Positions 49,101 through 62,999 of a stretch of 64,000 nt of DNA are shown here, piece by piece. Position 1 is the first letter of the stretch. Each line of letters begins with the position of its first letter. The notes below the pieces were generated by a model, which saw nothing but the letters and a program-made list of their open reading frames with translations, ran no database searches and was not told the origin of the DNA. This DNA is from Anaeramoeba ignava BMAN (lineage: Eukaryota; Protista; Anaeramoebae): the NCBI GenBank assembly GCA_028826165.1, contig JAPDFW010000081.1:310001-374000 (forward strand). Direction: 5' to 3'. A program made the position numbers and the translations under genes.

Positions 49101-52100
49101 GATATGTAATATTTTCATTTTCATTTTCATTTTCATTTTCATTCTGAATTTGATTCTGAATTTGATTAATATCTTTATTATCTTCAATTTGATTATTATC
49201 TTCAATTTCATTATTATCTTCAATTTGATTATTATATTCAATTTCATTAATATCTTTAATTTGATTATTATCTTCAATTTCATTATTATCTTTAATTTGA
49301 TTAATATATTCAATTTGATTATTATCTTCAATTTGATTATTATATTCAATTTCATTATTATCTTCAATTTCATTATTATCTTCAATTTCATTATTATCTT
49401 TAATTTGATTATTATCTTCAATTTGATTATTATCTTCAATTTGATTATCTTTAATTTGATTATTATATTCAATTTGATTATTATCTTTAATTTCATTATT
49501 ATCTTCAATTTGATTATTATCTTCAATTTCATTATTATCTTCAATTTGATTATTATATTCAATTTGATTATTATCTTCAATTTGATTATTATATTCAATT
49601 TGATTATTATATTCAATTTCATTATTATCTTTAAATTGATTATTATCTTCAATTTCATTATTATCTTCAATTTCATTATTATCTTCAATTTCATTATTAT
49701 CTTCAATTTCATTATTATCTTCAATTTGATTATTATATTCAATTTGACTATTATCTTCAATTTCATTGTTATCTTCAATTTGATTATTATCTTCAATTTG
49801 ATTATTATATTCAATTTGATTATTATCTTCAATTTGATTATTATCTTTAATTTGATTATTATCTTCAATTTCATTATTATCTTCAATTTCATTATTATCT
49901 TCAATTTCATTATTATCTTTAATTTGATTAATATCTTCAATTTCATTAATATCTTTAATTTGATTAATATCTTCAATTTCATTATTATCTTCAATTTCAT
50001 TATTATCTTCAATTTGATTAATATCTTCAATTTGATTATTATCTTCAATTTGATTAATATCTTCAATTTCATTATTATCTTTAATTTGATTATTATCTTT
50101 AATTTGATTAATATCTTCAATTTCTTTATTATCTTCAATTTGATTAATATCTTTAATTTGATTATTATCTTCAATTTGATTATTATCTTTAATTTGATTA
50201 ATATCTTCAATTTCTTTATTATCTTCAATTTTATTAATATCTTTAATTTGATTATTATCTTCAATTTGATTATTATCTTTAATTTCATTATTATCTTCAA
50301 TTTCATTATTATCTTTAATTTGATTATTATCTTTAATTTGATTATTATCTTTAATTTGATTATTATCTTCAATTTGATTATTATCTTTAATTTGATTATT
50401 ATCTTTAATTTGATTATTATCTTTAATTTGATTATTATCTTTAATTTGATTATTATCTTTAATTTGATTAATATCTTCAATTTGATTATTATCTTTAATT
50501 TGATTATTATCTTTAATTTGATTATTATCTTTAATTTGATTATTATCTTCAATTTGATTATTATCTTTAATTTGATTAATATCTTTAATTTCATTATTAT
50601 CTTTAATTTGATTAATATCTTCAATTTCATTATTATCTTTAATTTGATTATTATCTTTAATTTGATTATTATCTTTAATTTGATTATTATCTTCAATTTC
50701 ATTATTATCTTCAATTTGATTATTATATTCAATTTGATTATTATCTTCAATTTCATTATTATATTCAATTTGATTATTTTCTTTTTTAAGTTTTAAAAAT
50801 TTTTCAATTTGTTTGAAATTATTTTCTACTTTTGTTTTAAATATTTTGATTTTTTGTTTCATAATTTGTGTGGTTTGTTTGATTTGATTTCCAATTTCTT
50901 GAAATTTAGAATATAATTTTTCTGATATTTTTGTATTATTTTGATCTAAAAATGGTTCATAAATTTCTAAAAAATTATTGAATAATTCTTGTAAATTTGT
51001 GTTATTTTCTGAAACATTTAATTTTTTAAATTCTTCAAAATAAATTTCTTCATTTTTATAAAAAACTGATAAATGTTTTTTGATTTCATTATCTGAATAA
51101 GTAGATTCATCAAAAGATTGATCAGCAATTTGAATAAATGTTGATAATAAAATATTTGAATCTTCAATTAATCCATCTTTAATATATATAAGTAGTTGAT
51201 CTAAAATTGCATCAATTGTTTCTAATAATTGATATAATTCTTCATGATGTAAAATACAATTTTGTAAATTTTCATTTTCATTTTCATTAATTTCATATTT
51301 AATTATTCCAATTTTATCTATTTTTTTTATTTTCTTAAATATTTTCTTTTCTTTTTCATTTAAATTTTCAATAAATTCTTTTTGATTAAATTTTATATTT
51401 GAATAATTAATTTTTGTATTAAATATTAATTCATAAAATTTTTGAATATAATATGTAATATTTTCATTTTCATTTTCATTTTCATTTTCAATTTGATTCT
51501 GAATTTGATTAATATTTTCTGGTTTTTTTATTATTTCTTGATTATCTTCAATTTGTTTAATATTTCCATTTTGATTTTCGATATTAGATAGAGTATTTGA
51601 TTTATATATTTCTTCTTTATCAATTATCCTGTATTTTTCAGAGTATGATTCAGATTCAGATTCAGATTCAGATTTTGATTTTGATTTTGATTTAGATTTA
51701 GATTTTGATTTTGATTTTGATTTTGATTCTTTTTTATCAATAATTTTATCTATTGTTTCATTTATTTGTGTTGTTGTTTCTTGTTCTGTTTTTTTTTCTG
51801 TTTCTTGTTGTATTTGTATTTCATTTTTATCAATAATTTCATCTTTTTCTGATTCTGATTCTGATTTAGATTTAGATTTAGATTCTGATTTAGATTTTGA
51901 TTTAGATTCTGATTTAGATTTAGATTCAGATTTAGATTCAGATTTTGATTTAGATTTTGATTTAGATTTTGATTTAGATTTAGATTCAGATTTAGATTCT
52001 TTTTTATCAATAATTTGATCTATTGTTTCATTTATTTGTGTTGTTGTTTCTTTTTCTATTTCTTTTTCTGTTTCTTTTTCTGTTTCTTTTTCTGTTTCTT

Positions 52101-55100
52101 GTTGTATTTCTTGTTGCATTTGTATTTCATTTTTATCAATAATTTCATCTTTTTCTGATTTTGATTCTGATTTAGATTTAGATTTTGATTCTGATTTAGA
52201 TTCAGATTTAGATTCAGATTTAGATTTTGATTTTGATTTTGATTTAGATTTTGATTTTGATTTTGATTCTGATTTAGATTTAGATTTAGATTTTGATTTA
52301 GATTTAGATTCAGATTTAGATTTTGATTTTGATTTTGATTTAGATTTAGATTTAGATTTTGATTTTGATTTTGATTCTTTTTTATCAATAATTTTATCTA
52401 TTGTTTCATTTATTTGTGTTGTTGTTTCTTGTTCTGTTTTTTTTTCTGTTTCTTGTTGCATTTGTATTTCATTTTTATCAATAATTTCATCTTTTTCTGA
52501 TTCTGATTCTGATTTAGATTTAGATTTAGATTCTGATTTAGATTTAGATTTAGATTCTGATTTAGATTTAGATTCAGATTTAGATTCAGATTTTGATTTA
52601 GATTTTGATTTAGATTTTGATTTAGATTTAGATTCAGATTTAGATTCTTTTTTATCAATAATTTGATCTATTGTTTCATTTATTTGTGTTGTTGTTTCTT
52701 GTTCTGTTTCTTTTTCTGTTTCTTTTTCTGTTTCTTTTTCTGTTTCTTTTTCTGTTTCTTTTTCTGTTTCTTTTTCTGTTTCTTTTTCTGTTTCTTTTTC
52801 TGTTTCTTTTTCTGTTTCTTTTTCTGTTTCTTTTTCTGTTTCTTGTTGTGTTTCTTGTTGTATTTGTATTTCATTTTTATCAATAATTTCATCTTTTTCT
52901 GATTTTGATTTTGATTTTGATTTAGATTCTGATTTTGATTCAGATTCTGATTTAGATTCTGATTTTGATTCTGATTTAGATTTTGATTCAGATTTAGATT
53001 TTGATTTTGATTCTGATTTAGATTTAGATTTAGATTTTGATTTAGATTTAGATTTAGATTTAGATTTTGATTTTGATTTTGATTTAGATTCTTTTTTATC
53101 AATAATTTGATCTATTGTTTCATTTATTTGTGTTGTTCTTTCTTGTTCTGTTTCTTTTTCTGTTTCTTGTTGTATTTCTTGTTGTACTTGTATTTCATTT
53201 TTATCAATAATTTCATCTTTTTCTGATTCTGATTTAGATTTAGATTTAGATTTAGATTTTGATTTAGATTTATATTTAGATTCTGATTTAGATTCAGATT
53301 TTGATTTAGATTTAGATTTAGATTTAGATTTAGATTTAGATTTAGATTTAGATTTAGATTTTGATTTTGATTTTGATTTTGATTTTGATTTAGATTTAGA
53401 TTTAGATTTAGATTTTGATTTTGATTTAGATTTAGATTCTTTTTTATCAATAATTTGATCTATTGTTTCATTTGTTTTTGTTGTTTCTTGTTGTATTTCT
53501 TGTTGTGTTTCTTGTTGTGTTTCTTGTTGTATTTCTTGTTGTGTTTCTTGTTGTGTTTCTTGTTGTATTTGTATTTCGTTTTTATCAATAATTTCATCTT
53601 TTTCTGATTCTGATTCTGATTTAGATTTAGATTTAGATTTAGATTTAGATTTAGATTTTGATTTTGATTTTGATTTTGATTTAGATTTAGATTTAGATTT
53701 TGATTTTGATTCTTTTTTATCAATAATTTTATCTATTGTTTCATTTGTTTTTGTTGTTGTTTCTTGTTCTGTTTCTTTTTCTGTTTCTTGTTGTATTTGT
53801 ATTTCATTTTTATCAATAATTTCATCTTTTTCTGATTCTGATTCTGATTTTGATTTAGATTTAGATTCTGATTTAGATTTAGATTTAGATTTAGATTTAG
53901 ATTTAGATTTAGATTTAGATTTTGATTTAGATTTAGATTTAGATTTAGATTTAGATTTAGATTTAGATTTAGATTTTAGATTTAGATTTAGATTTAGATT
54001 TAGATTTAGATTTAGATTTAGATTTTGATTTAGATTTAGATTTAGATTTAGATTTAGATTTTGATTTTGATTTTGATTTTGATTTTGATTTTGATTTTGA
54101 TTTTGATTTTGATTTTGATTTTGATTTTGATTTTGATTTTGATTTTGATTTTGATTTTGATTTTGATTTTGATTTTGATTTTGATTTTGATTTTGATTTA
54201 GATTTAGATTTAGATTTAGATTTAGATTTTGATTTAGATTCTTTTTTATCAATAATTTGATCTATTGTTTCATTTATTTGTGTTGTTTCTTTTTCTGTTT
54301 CTTTTTCTGTTTCTTTTTCTGTTTCTTTTTCTGTTTCTTTTTCTGTTTCTTGTTGTGTTTCTTGTTGTATTTGTATTTCATTTTTATCAATAATTTCATC
54401 TTTTTCTGATTCTGATTCTGATTTTGATTTAGATTTAGATTCTGATTTAGATTTAGATTTAGATTTAGATTTAGATTTAGATTTAGATTTAGATTCTTTT
54501 TTATCAATAATTTGATCTATTGTTTCATTTATTTGTGTTGTTTCTTTTTCTGTTTCTTGTTCTGTTCCTTTTTCTGTTTCTTTTTCTATTTCTTTTTCTG
54601 TTTCTTTTTCTGTTTCTTGTTCTATTTCTTTTTCTGTTTCTTGTTCTATTTCTTTTTCTGTTTCTTGTTGTATTTGTATTTCATTTTTATCAATAATTTC
54701 ATCTTTTTCTGATTCTGATTTAGATTTAGATTTAGATTTTGATTTAGATTTTGATTTTGATTTTGATTTAGATTTAGATTTAGATTTAGATTTAGATTTA
54801 GATTTAGATTTTGATTTTGATTTAGATTTAGATTTAGATTTAGATTTTGATTTTGATTTTGATTCTGATTTAGATTTTGATTTAGATTTAGATTTAGATT
54901 TAGATTCTTTTTTATCAATAATTTGATCTATTGTTTCATTTATTTGTGTTGTTTCTTTTTCTGTTTCTTTTTCTATTTCTTTTTCTGTTTCTTTTTCTAT
55001 TTCTTTTTCTGTTTCTTTTTCTGTTTCTTTTTCTGTTTCTTGTTGTGTTTCTTGTTGTGTTTCTTGTTGTATTTGTATTTCATTTTTATCAATAATTTCA

Positions 55101-57922
55101 TCTTTTTCTGATTCTGATTCTGATTTTGATTTAGATTTAGATTTTGATTTAGATTTAGATTCTGATTTTGATTTAGATTTTGATTTAGATTTAGATTTAG
55201 ATTTAGATTTTGATTTAGATTTAGATTTAGATTCAGATTTTGATTTAGATTTAGATTTAGATTTTGATTCTGATTTAGATTTAGATTTGGATTTAGATTT
55301 GGATTTAGATTTAGATTTAGATTCTGATTTTGATTTTGATTTTGATTTAGATTTAGATTTGGATTTTGATTTTGATTCTTTTTTATCAATAATTTGATCT
55401 ATTGTTTCATTTATTTGTGTTGTTGTTTCTTGTTGTGTTTTTTGTTGTGTTTTTTGTTGTGTTTCTTTTTCTGTTTCTTGTTGTGTTTCTTGTTGTATTT
55501 GTGTTTCGTTTTTATCAATAATTTCATCTTTTTCTGATTTTGATTCTGATTTAGATTTAGATTTAGATTTAGATTTAGATTTTGATTTTGATTTATATTC
55601 TTTTTTATCAATAATTTTATCTATTGTTTCATTTGTTTTTGTTGTTGTTTCTTTTTCTGTTTCTTTTTCTGTTTCTTGTTGTATTTGTATTTCATTTTTA
55701 TCAATAATTTCATCTTTTTCTGATTCTGATTCTGATTTAGATTTAGATTTAGATTTAGATTCTGATTTAGATTTTGATTCAGATTTTGATTTTGATTTTG
55801 ATTTTGATTTAGATTTGGATTTGGATTTGGATTTAGATTTAGATTTGGATTTTGATTTTGATTTTGATTTTGATTTAGATTTAGATTTTGATTTAGATTT
55901 AGATTTAGATTTAGATTTAGATTTTGATTCTGATTTAGATTTAGATTTAGATTTAGATTTAGATTTAGATTTAGATTTAGATTTAGATTTAGATTTAGAT
56001 TTTGATTTTGATTTTGATTTTGATTTATATTCTTTTTTATCAATAATTTTATCTATTGTTTCATTTGTTTTTGTTGTTGTTTCTTTTTCTGTTTCTTGTT
56101 GTGTTTCTTGTTGTATTTGTATTTCATTTTTATCAATAATTTCATCTTTTTCTGATTCTGATTTAGATTTAGATTTAGATTTTGATTCAGATTTTGATTT
56201 TGATTTTGATTTAGATTTAGATTTAGATTTTGATTTAGATTTAGATTTAGATTTAGATTTAGATTTAGATTTAGATTTAGATTTAGATTTTGATTTTGAT
56301 TTTGATTTAGATTTAGATTTAGATTTAGATTTTGATTTTGATTCTTTTTTATCAATAATTTTATCTATTGTTTCATTTGTTTTTGTTGTTGTTTCTTGTT
56401 CTGTTTCTTTTTCTGTTTCTTGTTGTATTTGTATTTCATTTTTATCAATAATTTCATCTTTTTCTGATTCTGATTCTGATTTAGATTTAGATTTAGATTC
56501 TGATTTAGATTTTGATTCAGATTTTGATTTTGATTTTGATTTTGATTTAGATTTGGATTTGGATTTGGATTTAGATTTAGATTTGGATTTTGATTTTGAT
56601 TTTGATTTTGATTTAGATTTAGATTTTGATTTAGATTTAGATTTAGATTTAGATTTAGATTTTGATTCTGATTTAGATTTAGATTTAGATTTAGATTTAG
56701 ATTTAGATTTAGATTTAGATTTAGATTTAGATTTAGATTTAGATTTAGATTTAGATTTAGATTTAGATTTTGATTTTGATTTATATTCTTTTTTATCAAT
56801 AATTTTATCTATTGTTTCATTTGTTTTTGTTGTTGTTTCTTTTTCTGTTTCTTGTTGTGTTTCTTGTTGTATTTGTATTTCATTTTTATCAATAATTTCA
56901 TCTTTTTCTGATTCTGATTCTGATTTAGATTTAGATTTAGATTCTGATTTAGATTTAGATTTAGATTTAGATTTTGATTTTGATTTAGATTTAGATTTGG
57001 ATTTGGATTTAGATTTAGATTTGGATTTTGATTTTGATTTAGATTTAGATTTAGATTTAGATTTAGATTTAGATTTAGATTTAGATTTAGATTTAGATTT
57101 AGATTCTGATTTAGATTTTGATTCAGATTTTGATTTTGATTTTGATTTAGATTTAGATTTGGATTTGGATTTGGATTTGGATTTAGATTTAGATTTGGAT
57201 TTTGATTTTGATTTTGATTTAGATTTAGATTTTGATTTAGATTTAGATTTAGATTTTGATTTAGATTTAGATTTAGATTTAGATTTAGATTTAGATTTAG
57301 ATTTAGATTTAGATTCTTTTTTATCAATAATTTGATCTATTGTTTCATTTATTTTTGTTGTTTCTTTTTCTGTTTCTTGTTCTGTTCCTTTTTCTGTTTC
57401 TTTTTCTGTTTCTTTTTCTGTTTCTTGTTGTGTTTCTTGTTGTGTTTCTTGTTCTGTTTCTTGTTCTGTTTCTTTTTCTGTTTCTTTTTCTGTTTCTTGT
57501 TTATGAATTGCATCTATTTTCCGATTTTGTTTTTCTTTTTGTGTTTGTCTTTGAATTTGTTTTGGGTTATTTCTTGAATAAAGTGAAGGAAATTTTGATC
57601 TTTTTGTTTTAAAGGAACGATTAAAAAAGACTTTTTTAGTTGTTGTCTTTTGTATGAAGCTTCTGTAATTTTGAGAACGGAGTTCTTCTTTTTTTGTTTC
57701 TTTTTCGTTTTGTTTTTCTTTTTCTTTTTCTTTTTCTTTTTCTTTTTCTTTTTCTTTTTTATCTGGAACAAAAAAAGTTTCGTTTACTTCTGAAATTAAG
57801 GGTTTTTTTTCTGTTATTTGATTTTGTGGGGTTTTTTTTTCTGTTTGCGTTTTTCTTCTGTTTAAATTTCTTTTTTGTTTTATTTTGTTTTTCCATAAAG
57901 AAATTTGATCGTTTCTTGACAT
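43199..57922 (-). CDS. Giant repetitive protein (~4800 aa if one gene): 15 (SK)n/EQT modules, 5 copies of a ~228-aa helical domain separated by (IEDNNQ)n or (DNQIEKDK)n spacers, then RA-RA-PH (MRL/Grb7-like). One 87-nt intron (43632-43546); several frameshifts
   Basis: ORFs 57922-53969, 54252-48478, 47326-46553, 46428-43906, 43903-43595 and 43555-43199 are colinear and join by single-base shifts in repeats or A-runs. RA motifs [13 protein letters not shown] and [20 protein letters not shown]...RVIPD..IVMK...W...FLFRE. PH motif [11 protein letters not shown]...FSF...DFDNWIEIL. Confidence 0.7.
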
Positions 57923-58343
57923 CGTTTTTCAATTAAAAAATTTTAAATTTTAAATTTTAAATTAGAAAGTTGATTGAATAAAAAAGCAAAAATAAAAATT
58001 AGAAGAAGAAAAAAAAAATAAAAAAATAAAATCGAAATATTCAAAAAAAAATTTTTTAAATTGAGAAAAAAAAATTTTCGCTTTTTTTTTTTTAAATCAA
58101 TTCAATTAAAATCAAATCAAAAAAAAAATATAATTTTGTTTGAAAAAAAAAGTAATTTTACTTTCTGTTTGTTTCTTTTCAATTAGATTTGATATAAATT
58201 GTTTGAAGATTTTTTTTGGAAAGAATTTTGAAAAAAAAAAATTGGAAAAAAAAACATTTTTTTTTGGAAAATTGAAAAAAAAAAATTAAAGAAAAAAAGT
58301 GGAATGAAAAAAATTTTTTCTTCTTCTTTTTCTTTTTGAGAAT

Positions 58344-60463
58344 TTAACAACATTTCTTTTTTTTAATTGTTGTTCCTGTAGAAACAGTAACTGTTTTTTC
58401 TTGTGTTTTTGAATCATCATCCCAAGTTGATAAAGATTTAAGAATTTCTCCAGCAAGAATTTGAAAAGCTTCTTCAATATTTGTTGAATTTTTTGCACTT
58501 GTTTCAAGAAATGGAATTCGATATTTCTCTGAAAAAGCCTTTTTTTTTTTTAAAAAAAAACATTTTAAATTTAATTTCAAATTTAATTTTAATTTCAAAA
58601 TGAATTTTAATTTCAAAATGAATTTTAATTTCAAAATGAATTTTAATTTCAAAATGAATTTTAAATTTTAATTTTAATTTGAATTTTAATTTTAATTTTA
58701 AAATGAATTTTAAATTTAATTTTAATTTTAATTTTAATTTTAAATTTAATTTTAATTTTAATTTTAATTTTAATTTTAATTTTAATTTCAAAATGAATTT
58801 TAATTTTATAAATGAATTTTAATTTCAAAATGAATTTTAATTTCAAAATGAATTTTAATTTTAATTTTAATTTTAATTTCAAAATGAATTTTAAATTTAA
58901 TTTTAAATTTAATTTCAAAATGAATTTTAATTTCAAAATTAATTTTTTAATTACTTTTGCTTCTTCTGTTGAAACTGCTCGTTTTTCAACTAAATCAGCT
59001 TTATTTCCAACAAGTAAAATTTTTGCTTTTGATTCCCCATATTGTTCTACTTCTTTTAACCATGTTGGAACACTCTCAAAACTATCTTTATTTGTTAAAT
59101 CATAAACAATAATAATTCCATGACATCCTCTTTTATTTTTTAATTTTTATTTTTTATTTTTAATTTTTTATTTTTATTTTTTATTTTTATTTTTTAATTT
59201 TTATTTTTTAATTTTTAATTTTTAATTTTTAAAAATAAATATCAACCTGTAATAAGTTCTTGTAATTGTTCTAAATCTTTCTTGGCCTAAAAAATATTTG
59301 AATTGAATTAATTAAAATTAAATTAAATTAATTTGAATTAAATTAAAATTAAAATTAAAATTAAAATTAAATTAAAAATTAAAATTAAATACCAGCAGTA
59401 TCCCACTAAATTAAAATAAAATTAAAAATAAAAATTAAATAAAATGAAATTAATTAAATAAAAACTAAATAAAAATTAAATAACTTACAATTTGCATTTT
59501 AACATGTTTTGCTTCTCTTTCAATTGTTCTAATTTTCTTTTTATTTTATAAAAAATTAGATAAAAATAAATTTTTATTAAATTAATTAAAATTATTATTT
59601 AACTTACAAAATCAACTCCAATTGTTGAAAGATAAACTTCTGAAAATGTATCATCCTATTTATTAAATTGTATTTTAAATTGTATTTTAAATTGTTTTAA
59701 ATTTTATTTTAAATTTTATTTTAAATTTTATTTTAAATTGTATTTTGAATTTTATTTTAAATTTTATTTTAAATTGTATTTTAAATTTTATTTTTTTATT
59801 TTGATTTAAAGAAAAAAAATCAAAAACAAACAGTAAATCTGAGCAAAATGCAACTTTTTCCAACACCTATTTTAAAATAATTAAAGCAAATTTAATTAAA
59901 ATAATTAAAATAAATTTAATTTAAATAATTAAAACAAATTTAATTAAAATAATTAAAATTATTAAAATAAATTTAATTTAAATGATTAAAACAAATTTAA
60001 TTAAAATAATTAAAATAATTAAAATAAATTTAATTTAAATGATTAAAACAAATTTAATTAAAATAATTAAAATAATTAAAATAAATTTAATTTAAATGAT
60101 TAAAACAAATTTAATTAAAATAATTAAAACAAATTTAATTTAAATGATTAAAATAATTAAAATAAATTTAATTTAAATGATTAAAATAAATTTAATTAAA
60201 ATGATTAAAATAATTAAAATAAATATAATTTAAATAATTAAATTTAATTTAAAATATTAAAGCAAATTTAATTTAAATAATTAAAACAAATTTAATTTAA
60301 AAATATAAAAAAAAATTTTTTTTATTTAATTTTGCTATTATTTATTTAAAAAACGTTTTGTTATATTTTTTTTTCTTTTTTTTTTCTTTTATTTAAATTA
60401 TTTACTAAAGTTCCCAACTAATAAAATCTTAAATAAATAATCATGCCCATCAAATTCAGTCAT
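58344..60463 (-). CDS. RAB1: Rab1-like small GTPase, 8 exons (60463-60406, 59866-59832, 59655-59608, 59536-59489, 59405-59393, 59286-59247, 59129-58955, 58538-58344), 203 aa
   Basis: Spliced: [46 protein letters not shown]...[30 protein letters not shown]...GNKADL...FLETSAKNSTNIEEAF...KKKKCC. All seven introns are GT-AG and in phase. Confidence 0.92.
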
Positions 60464-60926
60464 TTTTGTTGGTTTTGGTTTTTAAAAATTAAAGGAAAAA
60501 AAAAAAGGGGAGAAAAGTAAAATAAATGAGAGAAAAAAAATGAAAAAAAATATTTTTGTCAAATTAAAAAAAAATTAAAAAAAAAAAGTGGAAAAAAAAA
60601 TTTAAAAAAAATTTAAAATAGAAATGAAAGGAAATTAATAGCATTTCTCTTTTAAAAAAATCCAAAAAAAAATTTTGTTTTCTTATATAATTTTATATGT
60701 ATATATTTTAATATTAAAATAAATTAAAAATAATAAAAAATAAAAAAATTTTTTTTTTCATTTTTTTTTTCTATTTTTTTTTTTTCTTTTTATCCTTTTT
60801 TTAACCTTTTTTTATTAATTAGAACAGAAATAATTTATTTGAGAAAATTAAAAATCAATTTAAAAAAAGAAACAAATCAAAATAAAAACAAACAAAACAA
60901 TTTATTAATTTTTTTAAAAAAAAAGA

Positions 60927-62999
60927 ATGTTTTCTAAGTTTCGAAAAAAGAAACAAGAAATCGATGAAGCAGCAATTCCTTCTGTAGTTTTAATAACAAC
61001 TGCTTTTTTAAGAGAAAAAGGTAAAAAAATTTACAAATTTTTTCTTTTTAATTTTTAATTGAAAAAAAATTTTTTTTATTAAATTCAGAATTAAATAATT
61101 TAATAATAAAATAATTTAATAATAAAATAATAAAATAATAAAAAGGAGAAGGATCTTTTTATTTATTTATTTATTTAAATAAAATTAATCAAATTTTTTT
61201 TCCTAATTTATTAATTTATTATTTAATTTCAAATAAATAATAAAAGTTAGAATTTTTAATCATTTTAAATTTATATTTATAAAATTTATAAAAATAAAAA
61301 TAAAAATAAAAAAGGATTTTCTATTGAATATATTTTTAGAATTCCTGGAAGAGTTTCAGATGTTGAAGAATTATTACAAAAATTATCTAAAAATGAAGAA
61401 GTTGATTTATCTTCTTATAATATTCATATTATTGCTTCAGTTTTGAAATCTTTTTTAAGAAATTATGATCCACCTTTAATTGTCTACAAACTTTATAAAC
61501 CTTTCTTAAAAATTCAAAGTAATTTTTATAAATATAAATTTAATTATAAATTTAATTATTAATTTGATTATAAATTTAATTATAAATTTAATTATAAATT
61601 TAATTATAAATTTAATTATAAGTTTAATTATAAATATAATTATAAATTTATTTATAAATATAATTATTAATTTAATTATTAATTTTATTATAAATATAAT
61701 TATTAATTTAATTATTAATTTTATTATAAATTTTAATTATAAATATAATTATTAATTTAATTATAAATTTAAATATAAATATAATTATAAAATTTAATTA
61801 TAAATTTAATTATATATTTTATTATAAATTTTTATTATAAAATTTTATTATTGATTTAATTATAAATTTAATTATTGATTTAATTATTAATTTAATTATA
61901 AATTTAATTATAAATTTAATTATAAATTTAGTTATAAATATAGTTATAAAATTTATTTATAAATTTTTATTATAAATATAATTATAAATTTAATTATAAA
62001 TTTATTTATAAATTTAATTATAAATTTAATTATAAATATAGTTATAAATTTAATTTATAAATTTAATTATAAATTTAATTATAAATTATTTTTATTTATA
62101 AATTTATTTCTAAATTTATTTATAAATTTATTTCTAAATTTTATTTCTAAATTTATTTCTAAATTTATTTCTAAATTTATTTTAAATTTATTTCTAAATT
62201 TATTTCTAAATTTATTTCTAAATTTATTTCTAAATTTATTTCTAAATTTATTTCTAAATTTATTTCTAAATTTATTTCTAAATTTATTTCTAAATTTATT
62301 TCTAAATTTATTTCTAAATTTATTTCTAAATTTATTTCTAAATTTTATTTCTAAATTTATTTCTAAATTTATTTCTAAATTTATTTCTAAATTTATTTCT
62401 AAATTTAAATATAAATTTAATTATATATTTTATTTATAAATTTTATTATAAATTTATTTCTAAACTTATTTCTAAATTTATTTCTAAATAAAGAAAAAGG
62501 ATCTGATAAAAAAAATGACCAATTAGTGAAACTATTATTATTATTACCTGATGAACATCAACTTGTGTTAAAACATGTATTTGAATTTCTAGCATACATA
62601 GCTCAACATTCAGACAAAAACTTAATGACAGCATCAAATTTAGCAACAGTTTTTGGACCGAACATTCTTCGACTAAAAAAATCGAATCCAAAAAGGGATG
62701 CAAAAGATTTTGATTTAATAAGAGGATTAGTTCAATATATAATTGAAAACAACAAAGAAATTTTTTCTGGATTGGAAAAATTTCGACATGAAATCAAAAG
62801 TAAACAAAAAAGTAAATTCAAAGCAAATCGAAATTTAAGTACAAGCGATGCAGCGGAAATCAAGACAGGAAGACTTACAAAAAGTCAATCACTTAATCCA
62901 CCTCATTCTGGTATTTTACAACCAGATTTTTCTGAAAAAGATAAAGAAGTGCTATTTAAAAACAGAAAATTATCTAGTGATGGTGATGATGATGTTTAA
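60927..62999 (+). CDS. RhoGAP domain protein, 3 exons (60927-61020, 61315-61518, 62494-62999), ~267 aa
   Basis: IPSVV...FLREKG..IEYIFRIPG (arginine finger), IASVLKSFLRNYDPPLI, NLMTASNLATVFGPNILR. Confidence 0.92.
61519..62493 (+). repeat. RhoGAP intron 2: (ATAAATTTAATT)n followed by (CTAAATTTATTT)n
   Basis: Two successive 12-mer arrays between the GT at 61519 and the AG at 62493. Confidence 0.88.

Noticed and set aside
49077-57612. Alternative-frame and antisense ORFs ([22 protein letters not shown])
   Set aside because: Shadows of the repeat-coded giant gene; hexamer variation is synonymous or conservative only in the SK/IEDNNQ frame.
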